Shown in pieces: positions 17,512 to 25,945 of a stretch of 33,346 nucleotides of DNA. The stretch is from the NCBI GenBank assembly GCA_030587475.2, contig JAUQYZ020000218.1, positions 1 through 33,346 on the forward strand. Direction: 5' to 3'. How positions within the stretch are numbered: the stretch's first letter is position 1; each line of letters opens with the position of its first letter. Source of the DNA: Candidatus Sigynarchaeum calidifontis. GTDB lineage: Archaea > Asgardarchaeota > Lokiarchaeia > Sigyniarchaeales > Sigyniarchaeaceae. The notes under the pieces were generated by a model that was given only the letters and a program-made list of their open reading frames with translations, did not search any database and was not told the origin of the DNA. A program made the translations under genes and the position numbers.

Positions 17512-19052
17512 AGGGGGGCAAGCAAGACCTCGGGGATTTCCAAACCCCGGAAACATTGGCTGGTGCCGTTTGCGAGTTGCTGAAGCAAAGAGGCGTGCGC
17601 CCCGACGTGCTCGTGGAACCTGCATGCGGCGAGGGGCGACTCGTCACCGAGGCCATCAAGGCATTTCCGACGCTTCAAGATGCTTATTGCGTGGAATTGC
17701 AAGCCAGCCATGAGCAAGCGTTCTGGCAAAACGTGTCCCCGCTCGCGAGCAGCGTGAAAGTCAGGTTCATCATCGGGGACGCGTTCAAGCACGAGTTTCC
17801 GGTTGATGATTTTTCCGGAAAGGAGGTGTTAATTCTCGGCAATCCCCCGTGGGTGACCAACACGCAGCAGTCCCGGCTGGGATCGACCAACGTCCCCCGT
17901 AAGTCGAACGTCAAGCGCGTGCCCGGCATCGAGGCGATGACCGGGAAAGGAAACTTCGACATTGCTGAAGCCCTCATCGCCAGGGTGGCCAACCAGTTCG
18001 CTGGAATGAACGCGGTGATCGGCATGATTTGCAAGTCATCCGTGGCCAGGAACCTTGTTCGAGATGCCAGGCTCCTTGACCTGCGGCTATCGGGAATGGA
18101 ATTGCACGCGTTCGACGCGGGCAAGGTATTCGGCGTGGCCGCGAGCGGGGCATTCTTCATCGCACGTATCGGGAAGGTTGCGGAAAAAACCTGCGCCGTG
18201 TACGATCTCTTCGATCAAAACTCGGCACGGCCACCATTCGGCTGGTACAAGGGACGGTTCGTTTCGGACATCCGTGCTTACAAGGAGGTCGCCTCTATTG
18301 ATGGAAGATGCCCCTGCCCGTGGCGCCAGGGTTTGAAACACGATGCCGTGAAAGTCATGTTGCTGAAACGAAGCACTAACGGCACGTTCACCAATGGTTT
18401 CGGTGAAAAGGTTTCGCTGGAAACGGACTTGATCTTCCCGATGGTGAAAGGTTCTGCCCTTCGAGATCCCGTGGTCTGCACGTCTGACACCTTCACCATC
18501 GTCACCCAGGCGAACCTTTCCGATGATACGGCGGGTCTCCAGGTAACAGCGCCTCGGGCGTGGCAATACCTGGTCAACCACGCCGGAATATTGGATGGAC
18601 GGAAGTCCGCCATTTACAAGAAAAGACCCCGGTTCAGCTTGTTCGGGATCGGCGAGTACGCGTTCAAGCCGTTCAAGATCGGGATCGCGAGTTTCTACAA
18701 GGATCCCCGGTTTTCACTCGTTTTCCCCGTCGGCGGCAAGCCGGCAATGCTCGATGACACGTGCTATTATCTGGCATTCGAAAACTTGCAAGAAGCCCTC
18801 TGCACTCTGGTCGCGCTGGATTCGCCGCCAGCGCGCGCCTTTCTAGAAGCGATCACCTTTCGGGATGGAAAACGGATCTATACCAAGGAGATACTCTCCC
18901 GCTTGAACCTGTCTCTACTATTACAGCATCCCGGATTCGAGGCACGAGCTAATTCGAGATTGAAAGCCATCACGGCGCGCCTTCCAATACAAGTACATCT
19001 AGTAGATGTCGTAGAAGCACGCGACCGCTTGCTACGCGTCTGGACTCGGTGA
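17508..19052 (+). CDS. Gamma-class DNA amino-methyltransferase (M.NspV-like, NPPW motif)
   Basis: GDFQTP, LVEPACGEG, VELQ, ILGNPPW, GKGNFDI, WRQGLKHD and RKSAIYK. ATGA overlap with the upstream MTase stop. Confidence 0.85.
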   Translation: MKGGKQDLGDFQTPETLAGAVCELLKQRGVRPDVLVEPACGEGRLVTEAIKAFPTLQDAYCVELQASHEQAFWQNVSPLASSVKVRFIIGDAFKHEFPVDDFSGKEVLILGNPPWVTNTQQSRLGSTNVPRKSNVKRVPGIEAMTGKGNFDIAEALIARVANQFAGMNAVIGMICKSSVARNLVRDARLLDLRLSGMELHAFDAGKVFGVAASGAFFIARIGKVAEKTCAVYDLFDQNSARPPFGWYKGRFVSDIRAYKEVASIDGRCPCPWRQGLKHDAVKVMLLKRSTNGTFTNGFGEKVSLETDLIFPMVKGSALRDPVVCTSDTFTIVTQANLSDDTAGLQVTAPRAWQYLVNHAGILDGRKSAIYKKRPRFSLFGIGEYAFKPFKIGIASFYKDPRFSLVFPVGGKPAMLDDTCYYLAFENLQEALCTLVALDSPPARAFLEAITFRDGKRIYTKEILSRLNLSLLLQHPGFEARANSRLKAITARLPIQVHLVDVVEARDRLLRVWTR

Positions 19053-19148
19053 CTGGAACGATCTATTTTCCATCATTAACGAGATTGCAATCCGGAAACG
19101 GTAGCTGCACGATTGTTAAACCTTCAATAATCATGTTAAGAACCATTG

Positions 19149-19156
19149 GTTTATAT
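19149..19156 (+). promoter_or_regulatory. Putative archaeal TATA box for the NYN gene
   Basis: GTTTATAT about 50 bp upstream of GTG 19207, within an AT-rich intergenic gap. Confidence 0.35.
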
Positions 19157-19206
19157 GGCTAAATTGGTATCGATAGAACATTCACAAGAATCTCTAGTGG
19201 ATCGCC

Positions 19207-20805
19207 GTGGGTGAAGACCAGGCAAGTGACGAGAACGACGAGAGCCCGCTCGTCGACGAGCTGCTTGATTCGGCAAAGAAGCGAGAATTCCTCAAGAACG
19301 AGCAACCAGGCACGTTATTAAGCCGTTTGCCTCCGCCCAGGATAGAGAAGCCAGATAATCCCACGAGTGACGAACATCATGTCCGTGTTTCCCAAGACCG
19401 GCCGCGGGTTGTTGAAGATATGAGGGATGCGACCTTCAACGGGTATCGCCGACATATCACGAGCACGGACGCTCGCGTTGCCCCTCACCACAATGTGTCC
19501 CCGGCACAATGCGGGCAGATCGAGGCACCAACCGCGGCGCTTGCAAGCAACGATGTGTACAAGGCACGGCTCGACGATCTCGAGCGACAATTCAAGGAAA
19601 ACCTTGTTTCCCAGGTGGAAAACATCGTTACCAAGCACATGTCGGGACCGATTCGTCAAAAGCTCGTCACCGAAATTTCCACTGCCCTCGAAAGTGGAGT
19701 GATCAAGGAGGTCATCAAGCGTTTCAACTTGCACTTCAACGCGCAAGTCAAGGACATCGTGAAAGCGGAGGTGAAGGCCGAGCTGAAGGCCGAGATCGGT
19801 AGGGAGTTGCGGGCCGAGTTCCAGAAGGAAATGGTCGAGGCGCGCCAGATCACCTCGCGGCTGGCAGGGTCGCACGATAACTTGCGCAAGGTCGTGGGAG
19901 AGGATGTCAAGAAAGCCATCACCGATGCTCTGCGGGAAGAGTTTTCGAGCTTGCTCGGGCAAGCACGTCAAGCTGGTAAGGCGATCAAGGGCGGCGTCGA
20001 CGCGCTGAAGAACCAGATCAAAACGGAACTCAAGAGCGATATTGAACAGAAAATCCGTGGTGATCTACCTTTACTGTTCAAGCAAGAGATCAAGGACGAA
20101 CTAGTACGGGAGATCAGCGACGAGATCGGTAATCCTATCAAACGTGAGCTTTCGGCCGAGATTTCCGAAGCTGTTGAGGCGGACGTGAAGGAACACCTTC
20201 GAAAATATATGAAGCGCCAGGCCCGGCTCGCGGTCATGAACGCGGGTTCAGAGCACCCCGTGCACCTGGTTATCATCGACTTCAACAACTTGTGGGCTAT
20301 CGCGAACAAGGTAACGACCAAATTTCCCAACATCAAGCGATTGTTCCTCTTGTTACGAAGCGTGCTTCGGGGTTATGATGACCATTTCGAGCCACGGCGC
20401 GTGTCTGGTTACGTGTATGCTTCCAAGTACCACGAGATGGACGTGAGCCGGGCACTTGCCACGCACTTCGCTGATGATCCAGAATTGGAGCAGATCCTCA
20501 AGCAATTCACGCTCGAAATACAAGCGGAAAAGAAAATGCACGCTGACGGCCAGGAACAAAAATATCGCGACGTTGACGTGATGATAGCCACGAAGGTCAC
20601 TGAATTGATCTCGAACAAGGCAAATCAGATAGCATCGGTAACGATCGTGAGCGGAGACGGAGATTTCGTTCCCGTGATCGAATTAGCGAAACACAAGGAC
20701 ATATACACGATCGTGTTCTCGTTTAAGGAGAATCTGGCCACGTCTCTCAAGTTGAAAGCCGACACCTTCCACCTGTTGAACAAGCAATCCAAGCTCGACG
20801 CGTGA
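19207..20805 (+). CDS. NYN (LabA/DUF88, PIN-like) domain protein with a long N-terminal coiled coil
   Basis: C-terminal IIDFNNL...RDVDVMIAT...IVSGDGDFVP...LKLKADTF. Residues ~120-340 are E/K/L-rich helical repeats. Confidence 0.82.
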   Translation: MGEDQASDENDESPLVDELLDSAKKREFLKNEQPGTLLSRLPPPRIEKPDNPTSDEHHVRVSQDRPRVVEDMRDATFNGYRRHITSTDARVAPHHNVSPAQCGQIEAPTAALASNDVYKARLDDLERQFKENLVSQVENIVTKHMSGPIRQKLVTEISTALESGVIKEVIKRFNLHFNAQVKDIVKAEVKAELKAEIGRELRAEFQKEMVEARQITSRLAGSHDNLRKVVGEDVKKAITDALREEFSSLLGQARQAGKAIKGGVDALKNQIKTELKSDIEQKIRGDLPLLFKQEIKDELVREISDEIGNPIKRELSAEISEAVEADVKEHLRKYMKRQARLAVMNAGSEHPVHLVIIDFNNLWAIANKVTTKFPNIKRLFLLLRSVLRGYDDHFEPRRVSGYVYASKYHEMDVSRALATHFADDPELEQILKQFTLEIQAEKKMHADGQEQKYRDVDVMIATKVTELISNKANQIASVTIVSGDGDFVPVIELAKHKDIYTIVFSFKENLATSLKLKADTFHLLNKQSKLDA

Positions 20806-20823
20806 TCGAGCTGCATCGACCGG

Positions 20824-21789
20824 CTATAAGCCGCGGCTGAGCTCGTCCACGAGCCCATCGACTTCTGGCACGGTCACGTGCCTGCCAAGCAATCGGGATA
20901 GCGCGGCAGCTTCGGCTTCCTCCATGAACTTCTGTCCTTGTTCGGGGTTGAACTCGAATTCGTTTCCATCGGCGCATGTTTCCACGAGATTGGCGAGGAA
21001 CGACGCAATGGCATTCGCTTTCGGCAAGTTCAAATTTTCGATGGTGTCCGTCCTCGTGTGGTAGTGCTCGGTGCGGCCGCAGCTCAAGAAGATGAACGGT
21101 CGCTTGTTGATCCGAAACGCGTGGTGGTCGGACATGTCGCCAACACGATTGTTGGATGCCGGAAACACCTGAATCCCCCGCGCATCCTTGGCCGCTTTTA
21201 ACACGGCATCGATCGTGGCCGTCGCGTGTTCCATGCCGATCGCGAACAAACAGTGCTCAAGGCGTGGCTTCGGGACGAGATGCCCCGTGAGATCGAGGAC
21301 GATCGCCACTTGGATCTCGTCGAGCGGCACGGGGCAGTGTTCGACGAAGAACCTCGAGCCCATCGACGGCTGGTGGAAGTGCGGAGGCTCCTCGCAATCG
21401 AAGGCCAGGAACAGCATGCCCTGGCTGTTCGGCAATGGATGACGGCCAAAGTACTCGGCAACGACGAGCACTTGTGCCACCGCGGCGGCGTTGTCGTCCG
21501 CGCCCGGGGAAAACGAGAAGTGGTCGTAATGTGCTCCTACAAGTATATATCCGGGCTTTTTTCCTTCGATGATGCCCCCGACATTCACGCCGTGGACTTT
21601 GCCATCGACATCTATATCTTGGGTAAAGCTGCGCTTCCCGTCGAATAAAGGCGTCAAGCCACACCCGCGGAACGTGTTCGTGATGTATTCCCGCGCGACG
21701 CGGCTCCCGTCGGATCCTGGCGCCCGTCCCTCGAGTGCCGGGCTCGCGAGGAACGTGACGTGTTCGCTTATGTCGAAATCAAATGTCAT
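20824..21789 (-). CDS. M28 family zinc metallopeptidase
   Basis: LEGRAPGS, GAHYDH, PGADDNAAAV, FDCEEP, SDH and HYHT. AAGGTGA RBS-like sequence upstream. Confidence 0.9.
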   Translation of the reverse strand: MTFDFDISEHVTFLASPALEGRAPGSDGSRVAREYITNTFRGCGLTPLFDGKRSFTQDIDVDGKVHGVNVGGIIEGKKPGYILVGAHYDHFSFSPGADDNAAAVAQVLVVAEYFGRHPLPNSQGMLFLAFDCEEPPHFHQPSMGSRFFVEHCPVPLDEIQVAIVLDLTGHLVPKPRLEHCLFAIGMEHATATIDAVLKAAKDARGIQVFPASNNRVGDMSDHHAFRINKRPFIFLSCGRTEHYHTRTDTIENLNLPKANAIASFLANLVETCADGNEFEFNPEQGQKFMEEAEAAALSRLLGRHVTVPEVDGLVDELSRGL

Positions 21790-22045
21790 GCGCGTGCTTC
21801 ACCTTTATGGTTTTCTCTTGTAACCCTTCACCTTCCATCATGTTCTCCCCTGCATCGTCTCGTCGTTGGACGGGTCCGTTAAAAAGCCGCAGCGCTCCTT
21901 TCACGATCGTGGCGGTCCCCGTTTCTCGCGAACCATGACGCGGCACGGCCTAATATCCCCTGGGAATTTAACAAAATTCGACAGATCAACTTTTTTATTC
22001 GGAACCGGGTACAATGAATCACCGACTATCACGCGTGGGAAAAAC

Positions 22046-22672
22046 ATGAAAATATACATGATCGATAAGGGAGTCGAGAAAGAAATACCCGGCCTCGTCT
22101 TCACGACGGGCGACTCGTATATCGTCGATAACGGCGACATCATCTGGATCTGGCACGGTAAAGACGCATCCGTCGATGAAAAAGGAACAGCAGCGGCGAT
22201 CGCGAAGAAGATAGACGATTCCCGCGGCGGCAAGCCGAAGGTCATCGCGATCGACCAGGACGACCAGACACCCGATGCCAAGAAGTTCAAGGCAATGTGC
22301 GCGGAACAAGGTGGCCTCAAGATCGTCGAGAAGAACCTCGCGGAGACCTTCCTCAAGAAAGTCGTGAAGGAGCACCAGCCCCCGGCCTTGTTCAAAATCT
22401 CATCGGAAGAGGCGGGTGGAAACATCAACGCGGTCGAGTTCGTGCAAGTGCCCTTGAAGAAAGAAAGCCTGGATCCCGATGATTGCTTCGTTTTGTGGGT
22501 TCCCGAGATAAATACCTCCTTTATATGGGTTGGCGACCAGAGTAACGTCAAGGAGCGTGTCCTTGCGGGTCAGCTCGCCAGGAAGTTTGATAAAGACACG
22601 CCTGGTGTCCAAAAAGAAGTTTTCGTGGATCAAGGCAAGGAACCGGCAAATTTCTGGAAATTCTTGAAATAA
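22046..22672 (+). CDS. Two-domain gelsolin-like actin-binding protein (Asgard 2DGel type)
   Basis: Two gelsolin repeats: FTTGDSYIVD..IWIWHGKDASVDEKGTAAAIAKKIDD..GG and SLDPDDCFVL..FIWVGDQSNVKERVLAGQLA..VDQGKEPANFWKF. Linker ETFLKKV. Confidence 0.9.
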   Translation: MKIYMIDKGVEKEIPGLVFTTGDSYIVDNGDIIWIWHGKDASVDEKGTAAAIAKKIDDSRGGKPKVIAIDQDDQTPDAKKFKAMCAEQGGLKIVEKNLAETFLKKVVKEHQPPALFKISSEEAGGNINAVEFVQVPLKKESLDPDDCFVLWVPEINTSFIWVGDQSNVKERVLAGQLARKFDKDTPGVQKEVFVDQGKEPANFWKFLK

Positions 22673-22686
22673 TCTCTTTTTTTCTC
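22673..22686 (+). terminator. Putative archaeal T-tract terminator after the gelsolin gene
   Basis: TCTCTTTTTTTCTC immediately after the stop. Similar T-tracts follow genes ending at 1306, 4754, 24119, 25047 and 32014. Confidence 0.45.
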
Positions 22687-22697
22687 GGTAATCGAGC

Positions 22698-22919
22698 ATG
22701 AAGCCGGTCGAGAAGCAAGGATTCTGTATATATTGCCGCAAGCCAACGCGGTTCAATCCAAAATTCCCGACTTGTCCCACGTGCGGCGGAGCGTGCAGCA
22801 TGACCACGAGATATTCATCGACCGAGGATTCGGCTTCTTATTGCCACGGATGCGGCGAGCCTGCTTATGTGACGACCAGCAATCCCTTTTGCGAAGAGTG
22901 CCGGAAGGAAGCTCCTTGA
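22698..22919 (+). CDS. Small tandem zinc-finger protein (2 x CxxC-x12-CxxC)
   Basis: CIYC-x12-CPTC...CHGC-x12-CEEC in 73 aa, filling the gap between gelsolin and the isomerase gene. Confidence 0.75.
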   Translation: MKPVEKQGFCIYCRKPTRFNPKFPTCPTCGGACSMTTRYSSTEDSASYCHGCGEPAYVTTSNPFCEECRKEAP

Positions 22920-23012
22920 CTCCTCCTGGCGGATTCAGTGCATGTCTCGAAAGGCTATTTAGCCCGCGAGGCAATCTATGGTTGATCATAACTTTTTCAC
23001 GAGGCAAACACG

Positions 23013-24119
23013 ATGGTGTACAATCTCCCCGACTTGCGATACCAGGCCGCCGCGAAGGACGAGAAGACCCTCCGGCAGCACATGAAATCCTTCAAGCTCG
23101 CCCCCAAGTTTTCCGTGGGCATCTGGTACTTTGCACCTGGCGGTGGCCGGTTCCACGACCGCTATGTACCAGACAAGACAATTCCCGAGCGCATCGAGAT
23201 AGCCAAGCAGATGGCCGATTTCGGCGTGACCGGCATCGAGGCCCATTATCCCGCCGAGATCAACGAGGATAACATAGATCTTTACAAGGACCTCGCGAAA
23301 TCCGGCATCAAGGTCGCCGGCGTGCCTTTCAGCCACTTCTACGACAAGGAATTCGAGTTCGGCTGCCTCTCGAACCCTGATCCAAAGGTGCGCGAGAAGG
23401 CGATCAAGATCGCCGAGGGCGGCCTCAAGATCGTCCAGGAAATTGGTGCCGGCGCGGCGATATCGTGGCCGGGCATCGACGGGTACACGTACATGCTCGG
23501 CACGATCTACCCGTGGATGTGGCAGACCTTCGAGAAGTCGCTCGCCGAGGCCATGGACCGCGTGCCCGGGGTTCGGGTCGCCATCGAGCCCAAGCCTTAC
23601 GAGCCAGCCCCCAACAACATCTACAGGACGACCGCGGAAGGCATCCTCGCCGCGCAGCGCATTATGAGCCTCTTTAAAAACGAGAGAAACGTGAAAATCG
23701 TCAAGGACGGGCACGCACTAGTCGGCCTCAACCCCGAGATCGGCCACGTCACGATGGGGGGTGAACCCATCGCTGCGGCGTACAGCCTCGTCGGGATGTA
23801 CGGCATGCTCGCGCACACGCATTGGAACAGCCAGCCATTCGGCAATTACGACCAGGATCTCAACGTCGGTGTCGTTAACATCCAGGAGGCCCTCGCGCTC
23901 ATGTATGTTTTGAAGATGATGGGTTACAAGGAATGGTTTGGCATCGACATCAACCCCGAGCGCATGCCCGTGCAGAAGGCGGTCGAGATCAACATCAAGG
24001 TCATCACCAAGCTCAACGAGCGGGTCGAGTCCCTGCCTCACGACCAGATCATCGACATTTACCTGCACCCGGACAAGCACCGTGGCGACCTCGAGACCAT
24101 CCTCGCACAGTATATCTGA
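23013..24119 (+). CDS. Xylose isomerase-like TIM-barrel sugar isomerase
   Basis: FSVGIW, EAHYP, WPGIDG, AIEPKPYEP, NPEIGH, HWNSQ..NYDQD and GIDINP metal-binding motifs. Strong C/G-ending codon bias. Confidence 0.85.
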   Translation: MVYNLPDLRYQAAAKDEKTLRQHMKSFKLAPKFSVGIWYFAPGGGRFHDRYVPDKTIPERIEIAKQMADFGVTGIEAHYPAEINEDNIDLYKDLAKSGIKVAGVPFSHFYDKEFEFGCLSNPDPKVREKAIKIAEGGLKIVQEIGAGAAISWPGIDGYTYMLGTIYPWMWQTFEKSLAEAMDRVPGVRVAIEPKPYEPAPNNIYRTTAEGILAAQRIMSLFKNERNVKIVKDGHALVGLNPEIGHVTMGGEPIAAAYSLVGMYGMLAHTHWNSQPFGNYDQDLNVGVVNIQEALALMYVLKMMGYKEWFGIDINPERMPVQKAVEINIKVITKLNERVESLPHDQIIDIYLHPDKHRGDLETILAQYI

Positions 24120-24143
24120 AAAAATTTCCTTTTTCGTTCATTC

Positions 24144-24449
24144 TCAAGGAGAATACGACAAGATCTTGATCCCGTCGCTAAAATATTCCCTGCGTTCGAT
24201 TCCAAGGGTCTCGATATCATCGCCTTCTAGTTCAAGCCGTAATCTCGCCCCGATTTTCCGCCACGGGCTGGTGTCTGGGAGTTGATGGTCGTGATCGACG
24301 CTTAATCGTAGGTTGGCTATTCTTGCTGGTTCCTCGATGCAAAGTTCCGTGGTATCAAACCATTCAAATGTCCCGTCCTCGTAATCCATATGCACGTTGC
24401 CCGGCAAGTATTTCTTGACAATCGCGACGATTATCATTGCTGGTTCCAC
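24144..24449 (-). CDS. Hypothetical protein (101 aa, possibly a small beta-barrel)
   Basis: Fills the gap convergent with the isomerase gene and has a protein-like composition. No motif recognised. Confidence 0.55.
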   Translation of the reverse strand: MEPAMIIVAIVKKYLPGNVHMDYEDGTFEWFDTTELCIEEPARIANLRLSVDHDHQLPDTSPWRKIGARLRLELEGDDIETLGIERREYFSDGIKILSYSP

Positions 24450-24651
24450 TTCTCATGCTTAGGAATCATTCTCCCTTAAAAACCCCGCAGCATCTATTGA
24501 TCGTTCCTTTTTAAAATCCCCCCTTTCAAGGCATGTGCAAGGTCGGCCAGGTACTCTATTTCTCGGAAGGGAAACACGTTTCAAGGCTTTCACGCATAGT
24601 ATAAACCAGAAAAAACCGTGCGAGATGGTGCACGAAAACAAGGTGGCAAAA

Positions 24652-25047
24652 ATGTCCGATCCAACGAAAACCGAAATCACGGCGCACGATGACGATGCGA
24701 AGCTGGTAAGCAAGGATGATGATTCGCCCGACTTCGTGCGACGGATATGGGTACCTGGCTGCGCCTGTTCCGAAGGTTGTGGTGATGATGGCGAGGATAA
24801 CGTCTCTATAACGTTCGAGATACCTGGCGTAAAGAAAGAAGACATTGATTTGCGAGTTATCCCGGAAGGGTTACGCCTCGAAGCCAAGCGTGACAAATAC
24901 ACGACGTATGTTAGCGAGTACGCCTTCGTGTGCGATGCTGATCCCGATCACGTTAAGGCGGATTACCACGAGGGCGTGTTGACCGTGGATATCCCGTTAA
25001 AATGCAAGGATCCATTCGTGGACGGGAAAAGGATCGTGCTGTCGTGA
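24652..25047 (+). CDS. Hsp20/alpha-crystallin small heat-shock protein
   Basis: FEIPGVKKEDIDL...VKADYHEGVLTVDIP and a C-terminal IxL/IxI-type motif (RIVL). ATG at 24652. Confidence 0.88.
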   Translation: MSDPTKTEITAHDDDAKLVSKDDDSPDFVRRIWVPGCACSEGCGDDGEDNVSITFEIPGVKKEDIDLRVIPEGLRLEAKRDKYTTYVSEYAFVCDADPDHVKADYHEGVLTVDIPLKCKDPFVDGKRIVLS

Positions 25048-25198
25048 ACGGGGGCTCGTACTTTCTTGCAAATTTCCTCCTTTTTTCAAATAGCTGGTGT
25101 CGGGTCGAAGAGTTTTGTGCTGTAACGAGCATTGTTAAATACGTGGGCAGTCTAGTTCAACAAATAATTGCGTTAACAACAACACGAGGTAGGTGATC

Positions 25199-25504
25199 AT
25201 GTCCGAACAAATCCAATTCACGAGCGAATCGGGAAAGAACGCAAAACACGACGTGACCGTATATGCCTTGAGCACTTGCGGCTTCTGCAAGTCTTGCTTG
25301 AAATTTTTACATGATAATGACGTGAAATTCAAGTATGTTTATTACGATCTGCTGCATCCTGATGTTAAAAATGCAGTAAAGGAGGAATTGAATAAAAAAT
25401 ATAACGAGCGCCTCATGTTTCCATTCGTCGTCATCGATGATGGAAAACACGTTGTCGTCGGCTTCAAGGAAGACCAGCTCGTTGAATTCCTGGAGTTAAA
25501 ATGA
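25199..25504 (+). CDS. Glutaredoxin family protein
   Basis: YALSTCGFC active site, MFP (cis-Pro) and VVGF. AGGTGA RBS-like sequence before ATG 25199. Confidence 0.9.
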   Translation: MSEQIQFTSESGKNAKHDVTVYALSTCGFCKSCLKFLHDNDVKFKYVYYDLLHPDVKNAVKEELNKKYNERLMFPFVVIDDGKHVVVGFKEDQLVEFLELK

Positions 25505-25578
25505 TCTTCCCTTGCATCGAAAGGCGTTCATTATATATTTGCAATGTCATTCCTTGTTCGGGAAAAAAGGAGAGATCC

Positions 25579-25920
25579 ATGCCCGGAAAAAAAACGAAAG
25601 AAAACGTGGTCACGTTCGTCACGATGACGGCAACCAAGCAAAAATGGAAGCTGCATCCCGATAAAGCATTCCTTGACATGCTGATCGAAGGCTTGATGAC
25701 CAATTACAACAGGTATGCTTATTTTTCTTGCCCATGTCGCGCTGCATCTGGTATTCGAGAAAAGGATGCCGATATCATCTGCCCGTGCGCGTATTGCGTG
25801 CCAGACCAGAAGGAATATGGCCATTGTTATTGCGGCTTGTACTTGACCCCGGAATTCGCCAAGACCGGCCAGAAACCACGGCCAATTCCCGAGCGACGCC
25901 CTCCAGAGAAGGACACGTGA
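25579..25920 (+). CDS. Ferredoxin:thioredoxin reductase catalytic-subunit-like protein (ferredoxin:glutaredoxin reductase)
   Basis: CPC...ICPC...GHCYCGLY signature, adjacent to glutaredoxin. AAGGAG RBS-like sequence upstream. Confidence 0.9.
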   Translation: MPGKKTKENVVTFVTMTATKQKWKLHPDKAFLDMLIEGLMTNYNRYAYFSCPCRAASGIREKDADIICPCAYCVPDQKEYGHCYCGLYLTPEFAKTGQKPRPIPERRPPEKDT

Positions 25921-25945
25921 GATATCCAAGATCGAAAATAATAAC

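Noticed and set aside
19155-19214. 19-codon uORF overlapping the NYN start (possible frameshift or leader)
   Set aside because: Its ATG lies inside the TATA-like box, so it is probably not transcribed; no slippery site was seen.
21866-22045. 60-codon upstream extension of the gelsolin ORF
   Set aside because: Starts at TTG, runs through a promoter-like T/A tract and has no gelsolin character; ATG 22046 fits the domain start.
22986-24080. 242-aa and 120-aa antisense ORFs
   Set aside because: Shadows of the strongly biased isomerase gene.
24459-24902. 147-aa minus-strand ORF and the 5' extension of Hsp20 to 24535
   Set aside because: Antisense to Hsp20 and crossing a divergent promoter region.
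25579-25945. Selenocysteine read-through of TGA stops in redox genes
   Set aside because: All catalytic Cys motifs are complete, and the TGA codons fall at natural C-termini.
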